Below are positions 48,252 to 58,101 of a stretch of 64,000 nucleotides of DNA, piece by piece. A program made the translations under genes and the position numbers. Numbering within the stretch: the first letter of the stretch is position 1; each line of letters starts with the position of its first letter. The notes below the pieces were generated by a model. It saw only the letters and a program-made list of their open reading frames with translations. It ran no database searches and was not told where the DNA came from. Source of the DNA: Gemmatimonadota bacterium (GTDB lineage: Bacteria; Gemmatimonadota; Gemmatimonadetes; Gemmatimonadales; Gemmatimonadaceae); NCBI GenBank assembly GCA_040389905.1, contig JAZJZK010000008.1, forward strand, positions 1 through 64,000, in the 5' to 3' direction.

Positions 48252-49142
48252 GTGACCCACTATTTCGGATCCCACACCGTCCCCAATGGCGGCATTCACA
48301 TGGCCGCGCGCCGCGCGCACAACGCGGGTCTCACCGCGCTCCAGATCTTCACCGCCATTCCGAAGTACTACAACGACAAGGTATCGATCAAGCCGGACCG
48401 TGTTGCGCGCTTTCGCGACGTGCTCGCCACGACGAACATCGCGCCCGCGCGCGTCGTGGTGCATGCGGCCTACGTGCTGAACACTGCGACGCCGGAGGAG
48501 GACAAGTGGATCCGCGCCCGCGATGGACTCGCCAAGGAGTTGGAGCGCTCGACGATGCTGGGCGTGGGGGCAGTCTGCTGGCATCCGGGCGCAGCGACGG
48601 ACGACAATCGCGAGGCGGCCGCCGAGCGCATTGCGGCGGCGATCGTGTTCGCCCTCGAGCGCGTGCAGGGCGCGACGCGCTTGCTCGTCGAGAACACGGC
48701 GGGTGCGGGACGCACGATGGGGCGCACGCCCGCCGAAGTCGGCAGCATTCTCCGTCACGTTCCTGCGCATCTTCGCGCCCGAACGGGATACGGTCTGGAT
48801 ACGTGTCACTTGTTCGCGAGCGGTTTCGACCTGCGTGAATCGCCGCTGGCGGCGAGCGCGATCCTCGATGCCTTCGAGGCAGAAACCGGCGAAGCACCGG
48901 GCTTCTTCCATCTCAACGACAGCGAGGGCGCGCTCGGCTCCAACCGCGACCGGCACATGCTGATCGGCGAGGGGCTCATCGGCGACGAGGCGTTCGGATG
49001 GCTGCTGGCCGACCGGCGAACGCGAAACATCCCGCTCATACTCGAAACGCCGCAGCTGAACAACGAGATCGCCGACGATGATGAGACGGCGGATCCGTAC
49101 GATCTGCGAATGGCTGAGTTGCTTGGTCGCTTGGCAAGGTAG
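48252..49142 (+). CDS. nfo: Endonuclease IV
   Basis: HAAYVLN, HPG, ENTAG, DTCHLF, HLNDS, DRH, ILETP; AGGAG RBS before GTG. Confidence 0.94.
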   Translation: MTHYFGSHTVPNGGIHMAARRAHNAGLTALQIFTAIPKYYNDKVSIKPDRVARFRDVLATTNIAPARVVVHAAYVLNTATPEEDKWIRARDGLAKELERSTMLGVGAVCWHPGAATDDNREAAAERIAAAIVFALERVQGATRLLVENTAGAGRTMGRTPAEVGSILRHVPAHLRARTGYGLDTCHLFASGFDLRESPLAASAILDAFEAETGEAPGFFHLNDSEGALGSNRDRHMLIGEGLIGDEAFGWLLADRRTRNIPLILETPQLNNEIADDDETADPYDLRMAELLGRLAR

Positions 49143-49146
49143 GCTC

Positions 49147-49187
49147 TTGACTATTGTCTACTTAGCTAATTAGCTTATCAGCTAAGT
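49147..49187 (+). promoter_or_regulatory. Promoter with palindromic ArsR-type operator
   Basis: TTGACT at 49147; ACTTAGCT-N12-AGCTAAGT (49160-49187) with an overlapping AGCTAATTAGCT palindrome. Confidence 0.7.
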
Positions 49188-49460
49188 ATGGACAACGCCT
49201 TCAGAGCACTCGCCGATCCCACCAGACGGGACATTCTTCGCCTCCTCCGCGACGGGCCGCTCACGTCCGGCGAAATCGCGCAGCACTTCGACGCCGCGTG
49301 GCCCACGGTCTCGCGCCACCTCGCCGTGCTGCGCGAAGCGCAACTCGTGCTCTCCACCCGCGTTGGACAACAGATCGTCTATGAGCTCAACACGAGCGTC
49401 TTTCAGGACGTCGTCGAACATCTCTGGTCATGGATGCGCCCAGGAGGGCGTGATGTCTAG
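49188..49460 (+). CDS. ArsR-family autorepressor, SdpR-like
   Basis: FRALADPTRRDIL...SRHLAVL...YELNTSVFQD. Confidence 0.92.
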   Translation: MDNAFRALADPTRRDILRLLRDGPLTSGEIAQHFDAAWPTVSRHLAVLREAQLVLSTRVGQQIVYELNTSVFQDVVEHLWSWMRPGGRDV

Positions 49461-50103
49461 CCACCTCAAACGTACCTATCCCCTCGCGCTGGTCATCGTT
49501 GGCGTCGCGCTCTCGCTTGTTGTCTTCGACAGGCTCCCCGCACAGATGCCCGTGCACTGGGCCATGGATGGCCAGCCGAATGGCTGGATGCCCCGTGTGA
49601 TCGGAGCCTTCGTCGCCCCGTTGGGCATGATCGCCATCTGGGTGGTACTCCGCGTCGTTCCGGTCATCGACCCACGCCGAGAGAACTACGCAAAGTTCGA
49701 ACGCGCCTACGACATCACCATTGCCGCCGCCCTCACGTTGCTCTTCGCGATTCACGTCATCACGATTGCCTGGTCGCTTGGGCTTCCCGTGCCGATCGCG
49801 CGTGCGGCGCCCGTCCTCTCGGGGGTACTCTTTCTCGTCATCGGGAATGTCATGCCGCTCGCACGCTCGAACTTCATGTTCGGTGTGCGCACACCGTGGA
49901 CGCTCTCGAATGAACGCGTCTGGGCGCGCACGCATCGGCTCGCGGGATACACGATGACCGCGGCAGGGCTCTTCATGATCATCGGCGGCCTTCTGCTGCC
50001 GCAGGACGCCGCGATGGCCGTCATCGTCGGTTCCGTTGGCGCTGCCGTCATCGCGCCTGTCGTGTACTCGTACCTCACCTGGAAGCGGGAGATGTCCCAA
50101 TGA
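49453..50103 (+). CDS. SdpI-family membrane protein
   Basis: LPAQMPVHW..DGQPNGW, GVRTPWTLSNERVWARTHR. Confidence 0.92.
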   Translation: MSSHLKRTYPLALVIVGVALSLVVFDRLPAQMPVHWAMDGQPNGWMPRVIGAFVAPLGMIAIWVVLRVVPVIDPRRENYAKFERAYDITIAAALTLLFAIHVITIAWSLGLPVPIARAAPVLSGVLFLVIGNVMPLARSNFMFGVRTPWTLSNERVWARTHRLAGYTMTAAGLFMIIGGLLLPQDAAMAVIVGSVGAAVIAPVVYSYLTWKREMSQ

Positions 50104-51686
50104 ACGCCACCAAGCTCCTGTGCTGCGCGATCGTCGCGTGCACCGCGAGTTCCTCGATCAGTTCAGCGCAGTCCTCCGAACGCGCCGTCTTCGTCGTCCG
50201 CATTGGCAACGACACGTTGGCGGTCGAGAATGCCATGTTCTCCTCGACGCGCATTGACGCCGTGCTGCTCCTGAAATCACCGATGGGTCGCATCACGCAA
50301 AAGCTCGAGCTCACGCCAACCGGTTCGGTAGCACGATCGGCGATCGCGTTCGGCCGTGGCGTGCAGGGGGACAGCGCCATGCAGAGCACCGCGCTGAGTG
50401 TCACGGGCGACTCCGCAGCGGTTCACGTCGAAATGGGGCCCATGAAGGCGGACAACCGCATTGGCATTCCGAAACGCACGGTACCATTCACGAATCTTTC
50501 CGGAACGTCGCTCGAGCTCATCCTCCGCATGTCGCGTGCAATCGGCGGCGACACCGCTCAGGTTCCCATCATCGTCGGCCCTGGCCAGCTGCTGACCGCC
50601 ACCGTCATTGCCGTCGGGTCCGACTCGGCGGTCGTCGTCATAGGTGGTGTGCCGCTGCGCACGCGTACGGACAAGGCAGGGCACTTCCTTGGCGCTACAG
50701 TGCCCTCGCAGCGCCTCAACATCGACCGTCGCGATGGTGATTCACCCGCTGGCGCATGGACGCCAGCGCCCACGAGCTACGCAGCGCCAGCAGGCGCGCC
50801 GTACACAGCGCGCGACATCACGCTCCGCGCGCCAGCAGGCAACGTGCTCGCTGGTACGCTTACGCAACCGACGAACGCGGGCGCCACGAGTGTTCCTGCC
50901 GTCGTGCTGATCACCGGATCCGGTGCCCAGGATCGAGACGAAGCGCTCATCACCATCGGTGAGATCCGTGCGTTTCGCGAGATCGCTGACACCCTCTCGC
51001 GCAGGGGTATCGCCGTCCTTCGGCTCGACGATCGCGGCGTCGGCGGATCGGACGGCGGGGCCGCTGGCGCCACATCGGCAGACTTCGCCGACGACATCCG
51101 GGCTGGCGTCGAGTGGCTGCGCACGCAAAAGGGAATCGACCCGGTTCGCATCGGGCTGGTCGGGCACAGCGAAGGCGGAATGATCGCGCCGATGATCGCA
51201 GCATCGGACCCGCGCATTCGTGCGATCGCGCTCATCGCCGGTCCCGCAAAGAGCGGTCGCGAGATCTCCGCGTTCCAGCGACGCCAGGCGATCGATCAGC
51301 TCCCGCGTCTCACGGCGCGACAGAAGGATTCACTGTTCGCCGAGAGCACGCGACAGACGGATTCGGCGTTCGCGCTGCCGGGCTGGTGGCATTTCTTCTC
51401 CACCTACGACCCGCTCGCCACGGCGAAGAAGGTACGTACGCCCACGCTCATCCTGCAGGGAGAAACGGACCGTCAGGTGACACCGGAGCAGGCGGGAGTG
51501 CTCGCTGACGCGATGAGAAAAGCAGGCAACACGCGAGTGACCGTACGCCTGTTTCCTCGCTTGAATCACATCATGCTCGATGATCCGTCTGGCGATCCCA
51601 GCGGCTATGCTGCCCTCCGTCCGCAGCGTGTCCGCAAGGATATTCTCGGCGTCCTCGCCGACTGGTTGGTGACGAATCTCAAGTGA
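50100..51686 (+). CDS. Secreted alpha/beta serine hydrolase
   Basis: GSGAQDRDE, DDRGVGGS, GHSEGG, QGETDRQV, LNH. Confidence 0.92.
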   Translation: MNATKLLCCAIVACTASSSISSAQSSERAVFVVRIGNDTLAVENAMFSSTRIDAVLLLKSPMGRITQKLELTPTGSVARSAIAFGRGVQGDSAMQSTALSVTGDSAAVHVEMGPMKADNRIGIPKRTVPFTNLSGTSLELILRMSRAIGGDTAQVPIIVGPGQLLTATVIAVGSDSAVVVIGGVPLRTRTDKAGHFLGATVPSQRLNIDRRDGDSPAGAWTPAPTSYAAPAGAPYTARDITLRAPAGNVLAGTLTQPTNAGATSVPAVVLITGSGAQDRDEALITIGEIRAFREIADTLSRRGIAVLRLDDRGVGGSDGGAAGATSADFADDIRAGVEWLRTQKGIDPVRIGLVGHSEGGMIAPMIAASDPRIRAIALIAGPAKSGREISAFQRRQAIDQLPRLTARQKDSLFAESTRQTDSAFALPGWWHFFSTYDPLATAKKVRTPTLILQGETDRQVTPEQAGVLADAMRKAGNTRVTVRLFPRLNHIMLDDPSGDPSGYAALRPQRVRKDILGVLADWLVTNLK

Positions 51687-51857
51687 GAATTCGCACGCCC
51701 AGAGGAGAAAACACGCGATTTCCCAGTGGAAATATCGATTCTCATAGGGAAAATCGTCATCCTCCCTATTGCGCGACCCTCAAGTCATTGTATCTTCCGC
51801 CGCGCAGTAGAGTGTTTCGCTCACAGCGAGAACCAGTTCTTTTTCCGGGAGACGAGC

Positions 51858-52256
51858 ATGGCCGCGAAGAAAGGTGGAGCGAAGAAAGCAGCAAAGAAGG
51901 GCGCTGCGAAGAAAGCACCAGCAAAGAAGGCTGCGGCGAAGAAGGGCGGCGCCAAGAAGGCGGCGAAGCCCGCGAAGAAGGCTGCCAAGAAGTCTGGCGC
52001 CAAGCGTACGCCGAATGCCGCATTCATGAAGGCGATGACTCCCAGCGCGGCGCTGTCGACCGTCGTTGGCAGCACGCCGCTTCCGCGCACGGAAGTCACG
52101 AAGAAGCTGTGGGCCTATATCAAGAAGAAGGGCCTCCAGGATGCCAAGAACCGCCGCAACATCAACGCCGACGACAACCTCAAGCCCGTCTTCGGTGGCA
52201 AGAGCCAGGTGTCAATGTTCGAAATGACGAAGCTCGTCAACAAGCACCTCAAGTAA
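51858..52256 (+). CDS. SWIB/MDM2-domain protein with Lys/Ala-rich histone H1-like N-terminus
   Basis: About 45 aa of AKK repeats, then PRTEVTKKLWAYIKKKGLQDAKNRRNINAD. Confidence 0.93.
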   Translation: MAAKKGGAKKAAKKGAAKKAPAKKAAAKKGGAKKAAKPAKKAAKKSGAKRTPNAAFMKAMTPSAALSTVVGSTPLPRTEVTKKLWAYIKKKGLQDAKNRRNINADDNLKPVFGGKSQVSMFEMTKLVNKHLK

Positions 52257-52283
52257 GTCGAGCCTCGCTGTTTCACGTCGTAT

Positions 52284-52326
52284 CGAGGGGGCGTGCCGAT
52301 TCGTCGGCACGCCCCCTCGCGCTTTT
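52284..52326 (+). terminator. Intrinsic terminator-like hairpin
   Basis: 16-bp perfect stem with TTCG loop, followed by CGCTTTT. Confidence 0.7.
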
Positions 52327-52403
52327 GTCCGTATGAACCCTTGCCCAGCGCCGATACGTAGGGAGATTTCATTGTCTCCCCTTCTTACTCCCCTCAGTCG
52401 TCC

Positions 52404-53183
52404 ATGGCATCAAACCCCGTCGCCAACGCTCGCCGCGGAAAGGCAGCGAAGGCTCCGTTGATCACTACCGTCTGGGAAAACATCAAGTCGCTCGCAGGAG
52501 CGATCCTGATCTATCTCGTCATCAACACCCTGCTCATCGCCGCCTATCGCATTCCCTCCGGCTCGATGGTGCCCACATTGCTCATCGGCGATTGGCTGTT
52601 CGTGAACAAGGCGGTGTATGGACCGCACATTCCCTTCACCAACTCGCATCTGCCCTCCTTCAGTGAGCCGAAGCGCGGTGAGGTCATTGTCTTCGTATCG
52701 CCGTACCAGGCGGACAATGCGCCGGATTTCACGCCGACGCTCGTGAAGCGCATGGTTGGCATGCCCGGTGACACGCTCTACATGCGCAACGGGCTCTTGT
52801 ATCTGAATGGGCTCCCCCAGCGTCAGGGATATGGGATCGTGAGCATCCCGAGGCCGGGTGGCTCGCAGCCCACGGACATCGCACCGAATTTCGAGTGGCA
52901 GCACAAGATCGAAGTCAAGCAGTCGCGGTTCGGCCCCGCGCCTGCACAGCCGCAGCTCGACAACTGGGGCCCGCTGCTCATTCCCGCCGGCCACTATTTC
53001 ATGATGGGCGACGCGCGCTATGAGTCCAAGGACAGCCGCTACTGGGGCGTCGTTCCTCGCGAGAACATTCGTGGCCGCCCGAGTTTCGTCTACTACTCGT
53101 ACCGCAGTGGCGACGAAACGGATCGCCCCCTCTCGTTCATCACGGACATCAGGTGGGGACGCATCGGGACGAGGATTCACTGA
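52404..53183 (+). CDS. lepB: Signal peptidase I
   Basis: IPSGSMVPTL, VKR, MGDARYESKDSRYWG. Confidence 0.95.
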   Translation: MASNPVANARRGKAAKAPLITTVWENIKSLAGAILIYLVINTLLIAAYRIPSGSMVPTLLIGDWLFVNKAVYGPHIPFTNSHLPSFSEPKRGEVIVFVSPYQADNAPDFTPTLVKRMVGMPGDTLYMRNGLLYLNGLPQRQGYGIVSIPRPGGSQPTDIAPNFEWQHKIEVKQSRFGPAPAQPQLDNWGPLLIPAGHYFMMGDARYESKDSRYWGVVPRENIRGRPSFVYYSYRSGDETDRPLSFITDIRWGRIGTRIH

Positions 53184-53203
53184 GCCGCTGACGTGATCTC
53201 TCC

Positions 53204-55705
53204 ATGAGGACGGCGTCGCTCGCTCCTGCCACGCTCATTTCACGGTTGATCGCGTGCTCGCAGCTCGCGTGCGTCGTCCTGTTTGGCGTGTTGCTGCTGG
53301 GTCCGTGGCAAGCCACAGCCCCACCACTTGGCGCCGCATTCGTCCTGGCCTGCGTCGCGTTCGCGATCGCCTCGGGCGTCATCGTGTGGTCGTCGCGCGG
53401 CATCGTGCGCGTCGTGTTTGGATCGTTCGCGTTGCTGGCCACATTGCTCGGTGTCGGCGAATTGTGGTTACTCCTTTCGCCGGCGTCCACGGTGTTGCTG
53501 GGCCTTCAGGAGGCGAGCAGTCTCGAGCTTGCCGTTGCCATGGCTGCGCTCAATGGCCTGCTGGCGTTGTATGGCAGCTTTGCCCTGTCGCAGGAACGTG
53601 TTGCCGCCGAGAATCTTCAAGTCCGGATCAGTGCCGAGCAGGTGCTCAAGGAAACGCTCGAGCAGCGCGTGGCGCAACGAACCCTCGAACTGGATGACGC
53701 ACAGCGCGTCCTGCACCGGATGTGGTGGCTCGGCCAGCAGATCACGTTGGAGCTCGATCCGCGGCGCGTGCTCGACCGCTTTCTCGAAGCGGCTGCCGAC
53801 GTCGCGCAAGCCGATGGCGCGGCACTTGGCCTCATTGCCGATGATGGTATGCTGGAACTCGTGGCGTCGAGCGGCTCGCTTCAGACCGCCGCGACCGTAA
53901 AGATCCCGCTCGCCGGTTCGGCCATGGGGCGCGTCATTCGCTCTGGCGGCACATGGAGTGTTGCCGACGTCCTCGAGCATCCCACACAGGTGAATCGCAG
54001 CTGGCTCGACACGCTGGCCGCGCCGGTGCGCGGAATGGCGGTTGTTCCCGTACACCGCCGCGGTGAGCGCATCGGTGCGGTTGGCATCGTGTCCAAAGTC
54101 GTGCATACCTTCTCGCCGCTCGAGCTCGAGCGCGTCGAGGCCATGGCGGACCTCCTCTCCGTCGCACTGGCGAACGCGGAACTGTTCCAGACGATGAAGC
54201 AGGCGGAGTGGCGATTCCGCACGCTGTTCCGCGCGGCACCTGATGCCGTGCTCACCGTGCTGCACGGCACCGGTCGCATCAGGGAAGCGAACGACGCCGT
54301 GCGCGATGTTTTTGGTATCGAACCGCATCAGGTCATTGGGCGCAGCCTCGTGGACTTGCTGCTGCCTGTGGACCGAGCAGCCCTCGAGGGGGCACTCGCT
54401 GCGGCGTTCGATGGCAGTCCGGCGCGCGTCGAGGTCCAGGTGACGCTCAACGGCGGCGCAACGCGCGTGGTCGCCTTGGCGGCGAGCCGCTTGCCCGAGG
54501 CCGACCCACCGAGCGTGCTGCTCATCGGCCGCGACATGACGCAGGAGCGAGAGCTCCGGGTTCGCTTGATGGAGTCGGATCGTCTGGCGGCCGTCGGCGA
54601 ACTCGTTGCCGGAGTCGCGCACGAAGTCAACAATCCGCTCAGCAGCATCAGCGCATTTGCGCAGCTCCTGTTGCGAGAGACGACACTCAATCCATCGCAA
54701 CGCGAGTCCATCGAGGTCATTCGCGCCGAAACGATGCGCGCGAGCCAGGTGGTGAAGGACCTTCTTGCCTTCGCGAGGCGCAGCGATCAACAGCGCGCGC
54801 CACTCGACCTGAATGGCGTTGTCGCCCGCACGGTGCGGATGCGGCAGTACCAGTTCACCGAGGCGAACGTTCGCGTCGAAACGGAGCTCGCCGAGGAGTT
54901 GCCATCCGTCATGGGCGACGCGCGCCAGTTGCAGCAGGTCTGCCTGAACCTGCTCACCAATGCCGTTCAAGCGATGGTTCCCCTCGGCGGCGGCGCGCTG
55001 CGGGTGCGCACATACACGGCGGATGGAGCGGTGCGGCTCGAGGTCAAGGACAGTGGTCCCGGAATCGCCCCGAGCGTGAAAGCGCACATCTTCGAGCCCT
55101 TCTTCACCACCAAGAAGGAGGGTGAAGGAACGGGCCTCGGCCTCAGCGTGAGCTATGGCATCATTACGGCGCATGGCGGCAGCATCGAGGTCGTCGACAC
55201 GGGCGCCGAGGGCACGACATTCCGCGTCACGCTGCCTGCGGTCGCGGCAGAGCCGCGGGATGCCGAAGGTCCCGGAGACGCGGTGACGTTCACGCTTCGC
55301 TCGCCGCTGGCCGGCATCCGGTTGTTGTTCGTCGATGACGAACCGGCCCTCAGGAATGGGATGGAGGCGTTCGGTGCGATGCGTGGCTTCAGCGTGGTTG
55401 TCGCAGCGAACGGCGCGGCCGCGCTCGAGGCAGCACGAACCGGCGGCGTGGACGCGATCGTGTGCGACCTGCGCATGCCGGGGATGGACGGTTACGCCTT
55501 TCACGAGCGCCTTCGCGTCGAGCGACCAGGACTCGCCGCCCGCACGGTCTTCATCACCGGTGACGTGGTGACGTCGGCATCGCGCGGATCGGTTTCGCGG
55601 CAGCCGGTGTTGACCAAGCCGTTTTCATTCGACCGCATCGAAGAAGCGTTGATCGCGGTCATGCGCGGAACCCCGTACACGCCGGGCGACCGCGCCCTGC
55701 GCTGA
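53204..55705 (+). CDS. Hybrid sensor histidine kinase (TM-GAF-PAS-HisKA-HATPase-REC)
   Basis: AHEVNNPL, NLLTNA, DSGPG, GTGLGL, VDDE...CDLRMP. Confidence 0.95.
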   Translation: MRTASLAPATLISRLIACSQLACVVLFGVLLLGPWQATAPPLGAAFVLACVAFAIASGVIVWSSRGIVRVVFGSFALLATLLGVGELWLLLSPASTVLLGLQEASSLELAVAMAALNGLLALYGSFALSQERVAAENLQVRISAEQVLKETLEQRVAQRTLELDDAQRVLHRMWWLGQQITLELDPRRVLDRFLEAAADVAQADGAALGLIADDGMLELVASSGSLQTAATVKIPLAGSAMGRVIRSGGTWSVADVLEHPTQVNRSWLDTLAAPVRGMAVVPVHRRGERIGAVGIVSKVVHTFSPLELERVEAMADLLSVALANAELFQTMKQAEWRFRTLFRAAPDAVLTVLHGTGRIREANDAVRDVFGIEPHQVIGRSLVDLLLPVDRAALEGALAAAFDGSPARVEVQVTLNGGATRVVALAASRLPEADPPSVLLIGRDMTQERELRVRLMESDRLAAVGELVAGVAHEVNNPLSSISAFAQLLLRETTLNPSQRESIEVIRAETMRASQVVKDLLAFARRSDQQRAPLDLNGVVARTVRMRQYQFTEANVRVETELAEELPSVMGDARQLQQVCLNLLTNAVQAMVPLGGGALRVRTYTADGAVRLEVKDSGPGIAPSVKAHIFEPFFTTKKEGEGTGLGLSVSYGIITAHGGSIEVVDTGAEGTTFRVTLPAVAAEPRDAEGPGDAVTFTLRSPLAGIRLLFVDDEPALRNGMEAFGAMRGFSVVVAANGAAALEAARTGGVDAIVCDLRMPGMDGYAFHERLRVERPGLAARTVFITGDVVTSASRGSVSRQPVLTKPFSFDRIEEALIAVMRGTPYTPGDRALR

Positions 55706-55802
55706 CCGGATACGCAACGATCGGATCCGCCGTGCTGTCCAAGAGTCGTGGCACAAGCACGTCGCCTTGCCGCGGTCACCTTCCCGTGCGACCTTGAGCG
55801 CG

Positions 55803-56336
55803 ATGCCTTCCTTCTTTCCGCGAAGCACCATCGAATGGCATGTCGAGGAGCCTCCCGCCTTCCGGCGGCTCTCGCTTTCGCTGGTGGAGATGGCGCTCCT
55901 CACGGGCATCGTATTGCGCCTCATCCGCGCGTTTGCATTCACCTACGGCCACGCGAGCTGGCTCTACTACGGCCTCGTATTCGTCGTGGGAACGCTGATC
56001 GTGCTGGGGATGACCACAGCGCACCTCGCGAACTTTCCGGTGCGTGCATGGGGCTGGAGAGCGCCCGTGTTCGCCCTTGTGGAAGTGGCTGGCGAGATGG
56101 GCACGAGTCTGCTGCTCATCGCGCTGCGCCGCGAGCCGGAAGGCACGGCGCGCGCGGATTTTCACGATTGGCCGAGCATGTCGGTGCGCGCGCTGCTGCA
56201 AAGCGAGCTGTCCATCTGCCTCTGGGCGCTCCTGCTCGCCGCGGTCATCGTCTTCGTGCGGCGGAGCGGCATGGCGAAGGACGTGGATGCTGATCCGCTC
56301 GACCCTGCACTGCCGGCGCCGCCGCCGCCCGTCTGA
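55803..56336 (+). CDS. Hypothetical four-TM membrane protein
   Basis: Four hydrophobic helices. Confidence 0.75.
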   Translation: MPSFFPRSTIEWHVEEPPAFRRLSLSLVEMALLTGIVLRLIRAFAFTYGHASWLYYGLVFVVGTLIVLGMTTAHLANFPVRAWGWRAPVFALVEVAGEMGTSLLLIALRREPEGTARADFHDWPSMSVRALLQSELSICLWALLLAAVIVFVRRSGMAKDVDADPLDPALPAPPPPV

Positions 56337-56340
56337 CTGA

Positions 56341-56537
56341 GCGTCCGCGGGCTGGCGTCACAGCTGCCGTGGTAGGTACAGAGGGTCGTCTTTGAGGAAC
56401 GGATTCTACCGATGCGCCTGAAACGGCCAGATCAGGCCGAGCGCACGATTCCGAGCTCGTGATCCGGTTGCTCCCGTTGCATTCGTCGAATCCGTTCCTT
56501 AGTCGCTCGGCGGCTGAGTGTGAGGTGGCCGCGACGC
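56341..56537. ncRNA. Candidate structured RNA or foldback element (unassigned)
   Basis: Nested complementary segments 56341-50/56529-37, 56361-69/56508-16 and 56395-406/56488-99. Confidence 0.35.
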
Positions 56538-56555
56538 AACCGCCTTCCCTGCAAA

Positions 56556-56595
56556 CGAAAAAGGTCCCGGGCGTTTTCGCCCGGGACCTTTTTCG
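56556..56595. terminator. Bidirectional intrinsic terminator
   Basis: CGAAAAAGGTCCCGGGCG-TTTT-CGCCCGGGACCTTTTTCG between convergent genes. Confidence 0.9.
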
Positions 56596-56610
56596 TCGAG
56601 TCAGACCGAC

Positions 56611-57300
56611 TCACATCTTGTTGAGTCGCTTCCGGCGGATGCGGACCGCAGCAAGTCCGACGAGGCCTGTTCCGACCAGCAGCAGCGACGCGGGTTCCGG
56701 CGTGGGTGTTTCGCTGTTCGGGTTGGTGGGCAAGCTCGGATCCCACACGATGAATTCCTGCACCGTACCGTCATGGACATTGCCGTTCGCGTTCTTGTCC
56801 GTGATGACGTAGAACTTGCTGAGGTCGATACCGGCCTGCGCGACCTGTGCGGCCGAGATCGCTGCCGCCTGCGCCGCATCCGGCGTGAATGCGCCGCCAG
56901 GAGCGTTGCCAAACAGGTTCCACAGGGCGGACTGCGTGGCGTTCACGTTCGAACCGCTGTAGTTCGCCACGAGCTGTGCGGCCAACTTGTAGTCGCTGAA
57001 CGACGACGGGTTGCGAGTCTTCGAAAGATCAGGCGTACCGCCGAGATTGGTGATATAGGCGTCCCACTCCTCATCCCACGTGACGTGGTGGAAGAAGTCG
57101 ATGCAATTCACGGAGATCTGGGTCTCCGCGCTCGTATTGGGGTCGCGGAGCGCGTAAAAGACCCCAACGTACTGCCCGCCGTACTGTGCGCCGTTCACGT
57201 CGTAGAAGCTGAAGTGAACAGTCGCCTGCGCCTGAAGCTGAATCGGAGCGGCAGACAGCACCGACGCCGTCAATAAGAGAGCTGCGAGACGTGAACGCAT
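56611..57300 (-). CDS. PEP-CTERM sorting-domain protein
   Basis: Signal peptide; C-terminal TPEPASLLLVGTGLVGLAAVRIRRKR. Confidence 0.93.
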   Translation of the reverse strand: MRSRLAALLLTASVLSAAPIQLQAQATVHFSFYDVNGAQYGGQYVGVFYALRDPNTSAETQISVNCIDFFHHVTWDEEWDAYITNLGGTPDLSKTRNPSSFSDYKLAAQLVANYSGSNVNATQSALWNLFGNAPGGAFTPDAAQAAAISAAQVAQAGIDLSKFYVITDKNANGNVHDGTVQEFIVWDPSLPTNPNSETPTPEPASLLLVGTGLVGLAAVRIRRKRLNKM

Positions 57301-57369
57301 GAGGGGAACCGGTGACGTTTTAGTGTAGTTCGGAGCGCCTGAACAAGCGACCCTTCGGACCTGAGACAA

Positions 57370-57529
57370 AGCACGAATCATTCCCACGTGCCGCAGCCGA
57401 GCTCAGGCCGGAAAATGTAGCTATCTTGTTTATTTACAACAACTTACAAAGTGTTTAAATACTAATCACCGGCGGCGAGATCGGGAAAAAGAAGTAATTG
57501 TGCCACAATCATGTGGCGGTTACACCACA
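57370..57529 (-). promoter_or_regulatory. Putative sigma54 promoter module of PEP-CTERM gene 3
   Basis: TGTGG-N8-CCACA (57512) plus a half-site 22 bp away; box at 57423-57445; GGGAATGATTCGTGCT (57385-57370). Confidence 0.65.
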
Positions 57530-57573
57530 CGTCGACAGCCCGCCAATCGCGAAAAATCGGCCGAAAACAAGCC

Positions 57574-58047
57574 TCAGCGCCGCCCCTGCGCCGGCTTGAC
57601 CGGCTGGCCAATTGGCGCCTCCGGGCGACCCGCATACCCGATGACAGCGAACGTGAGCGCGCCAATGAGCAGCTTTGCCGTGGCCGTAATGCTGGCGAGC
57701 TTGGCGGAACGCTTGAACGCCGGGTTGAGCGTCCCGCGCGCCTGGAGCGCATCGAGCAGGAAGACAATCGCAGCCACGACCAGCAGCATCGCGACAGCCC
57801 ATGTCAGAATCCGCATGATGAAGAGCAAACGCGTATGCGACAGGTTCATCGCAGCGAAGAACGCGATGAGCAGGCCCAGCGCCGGAAGCAGGAGCGCATT
57901 GCTCAGCAGGCCGATCGCGCCGAAGCGCCAGGCGCTGCTTCCCGGATGCAACGGCACCACGGACATCAGGTTGTCCACCATCGGAATCACGAGAAACAGC
58001 ACGGCGAGAAGGTATGCGGCCGGTGCAAGTCGTTTGAAGTTGTTCAT
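57574..58047 (-). CDS. Hypothetical four-TM membrane protein
   Basis: Hydrophobic helices; WRFGA motif. Confidence 0.8.
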   Translation of the reverse strand: MNNFKRLAPAAYLLAVLFLVIPMVDNLMSVVPLHPGSSAWRFGAIGLLSNALLLPALGLLIAFFAAMNLSHTRLLFIMRILTWAVAMLLVVAAIVFLLDALQARGTLNPAFKRSAKLASITATAKLLIGALTFAVIGYAGRPEAPIGQPVKPAQGRR

Positions 58048-58101
58048 TCGTCGAGGAGGGACGGAATGGAGGAAGGAATTGCGGAGAAGTTCGCGGGTGC
58101 T

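Noticed and set aside
53468..55504. 678-aa minus-strand ORF (likewise 35457-37151 and 4042-5247)
   Set aside because: Antisense shadows of well-supported genes
56341..56537. Definite 6S or SRP RNA call
   Set aside because: No SRP helix-8 motif was recognised and the usual 6S neighbours are absent; kept only as an unassigned candidate
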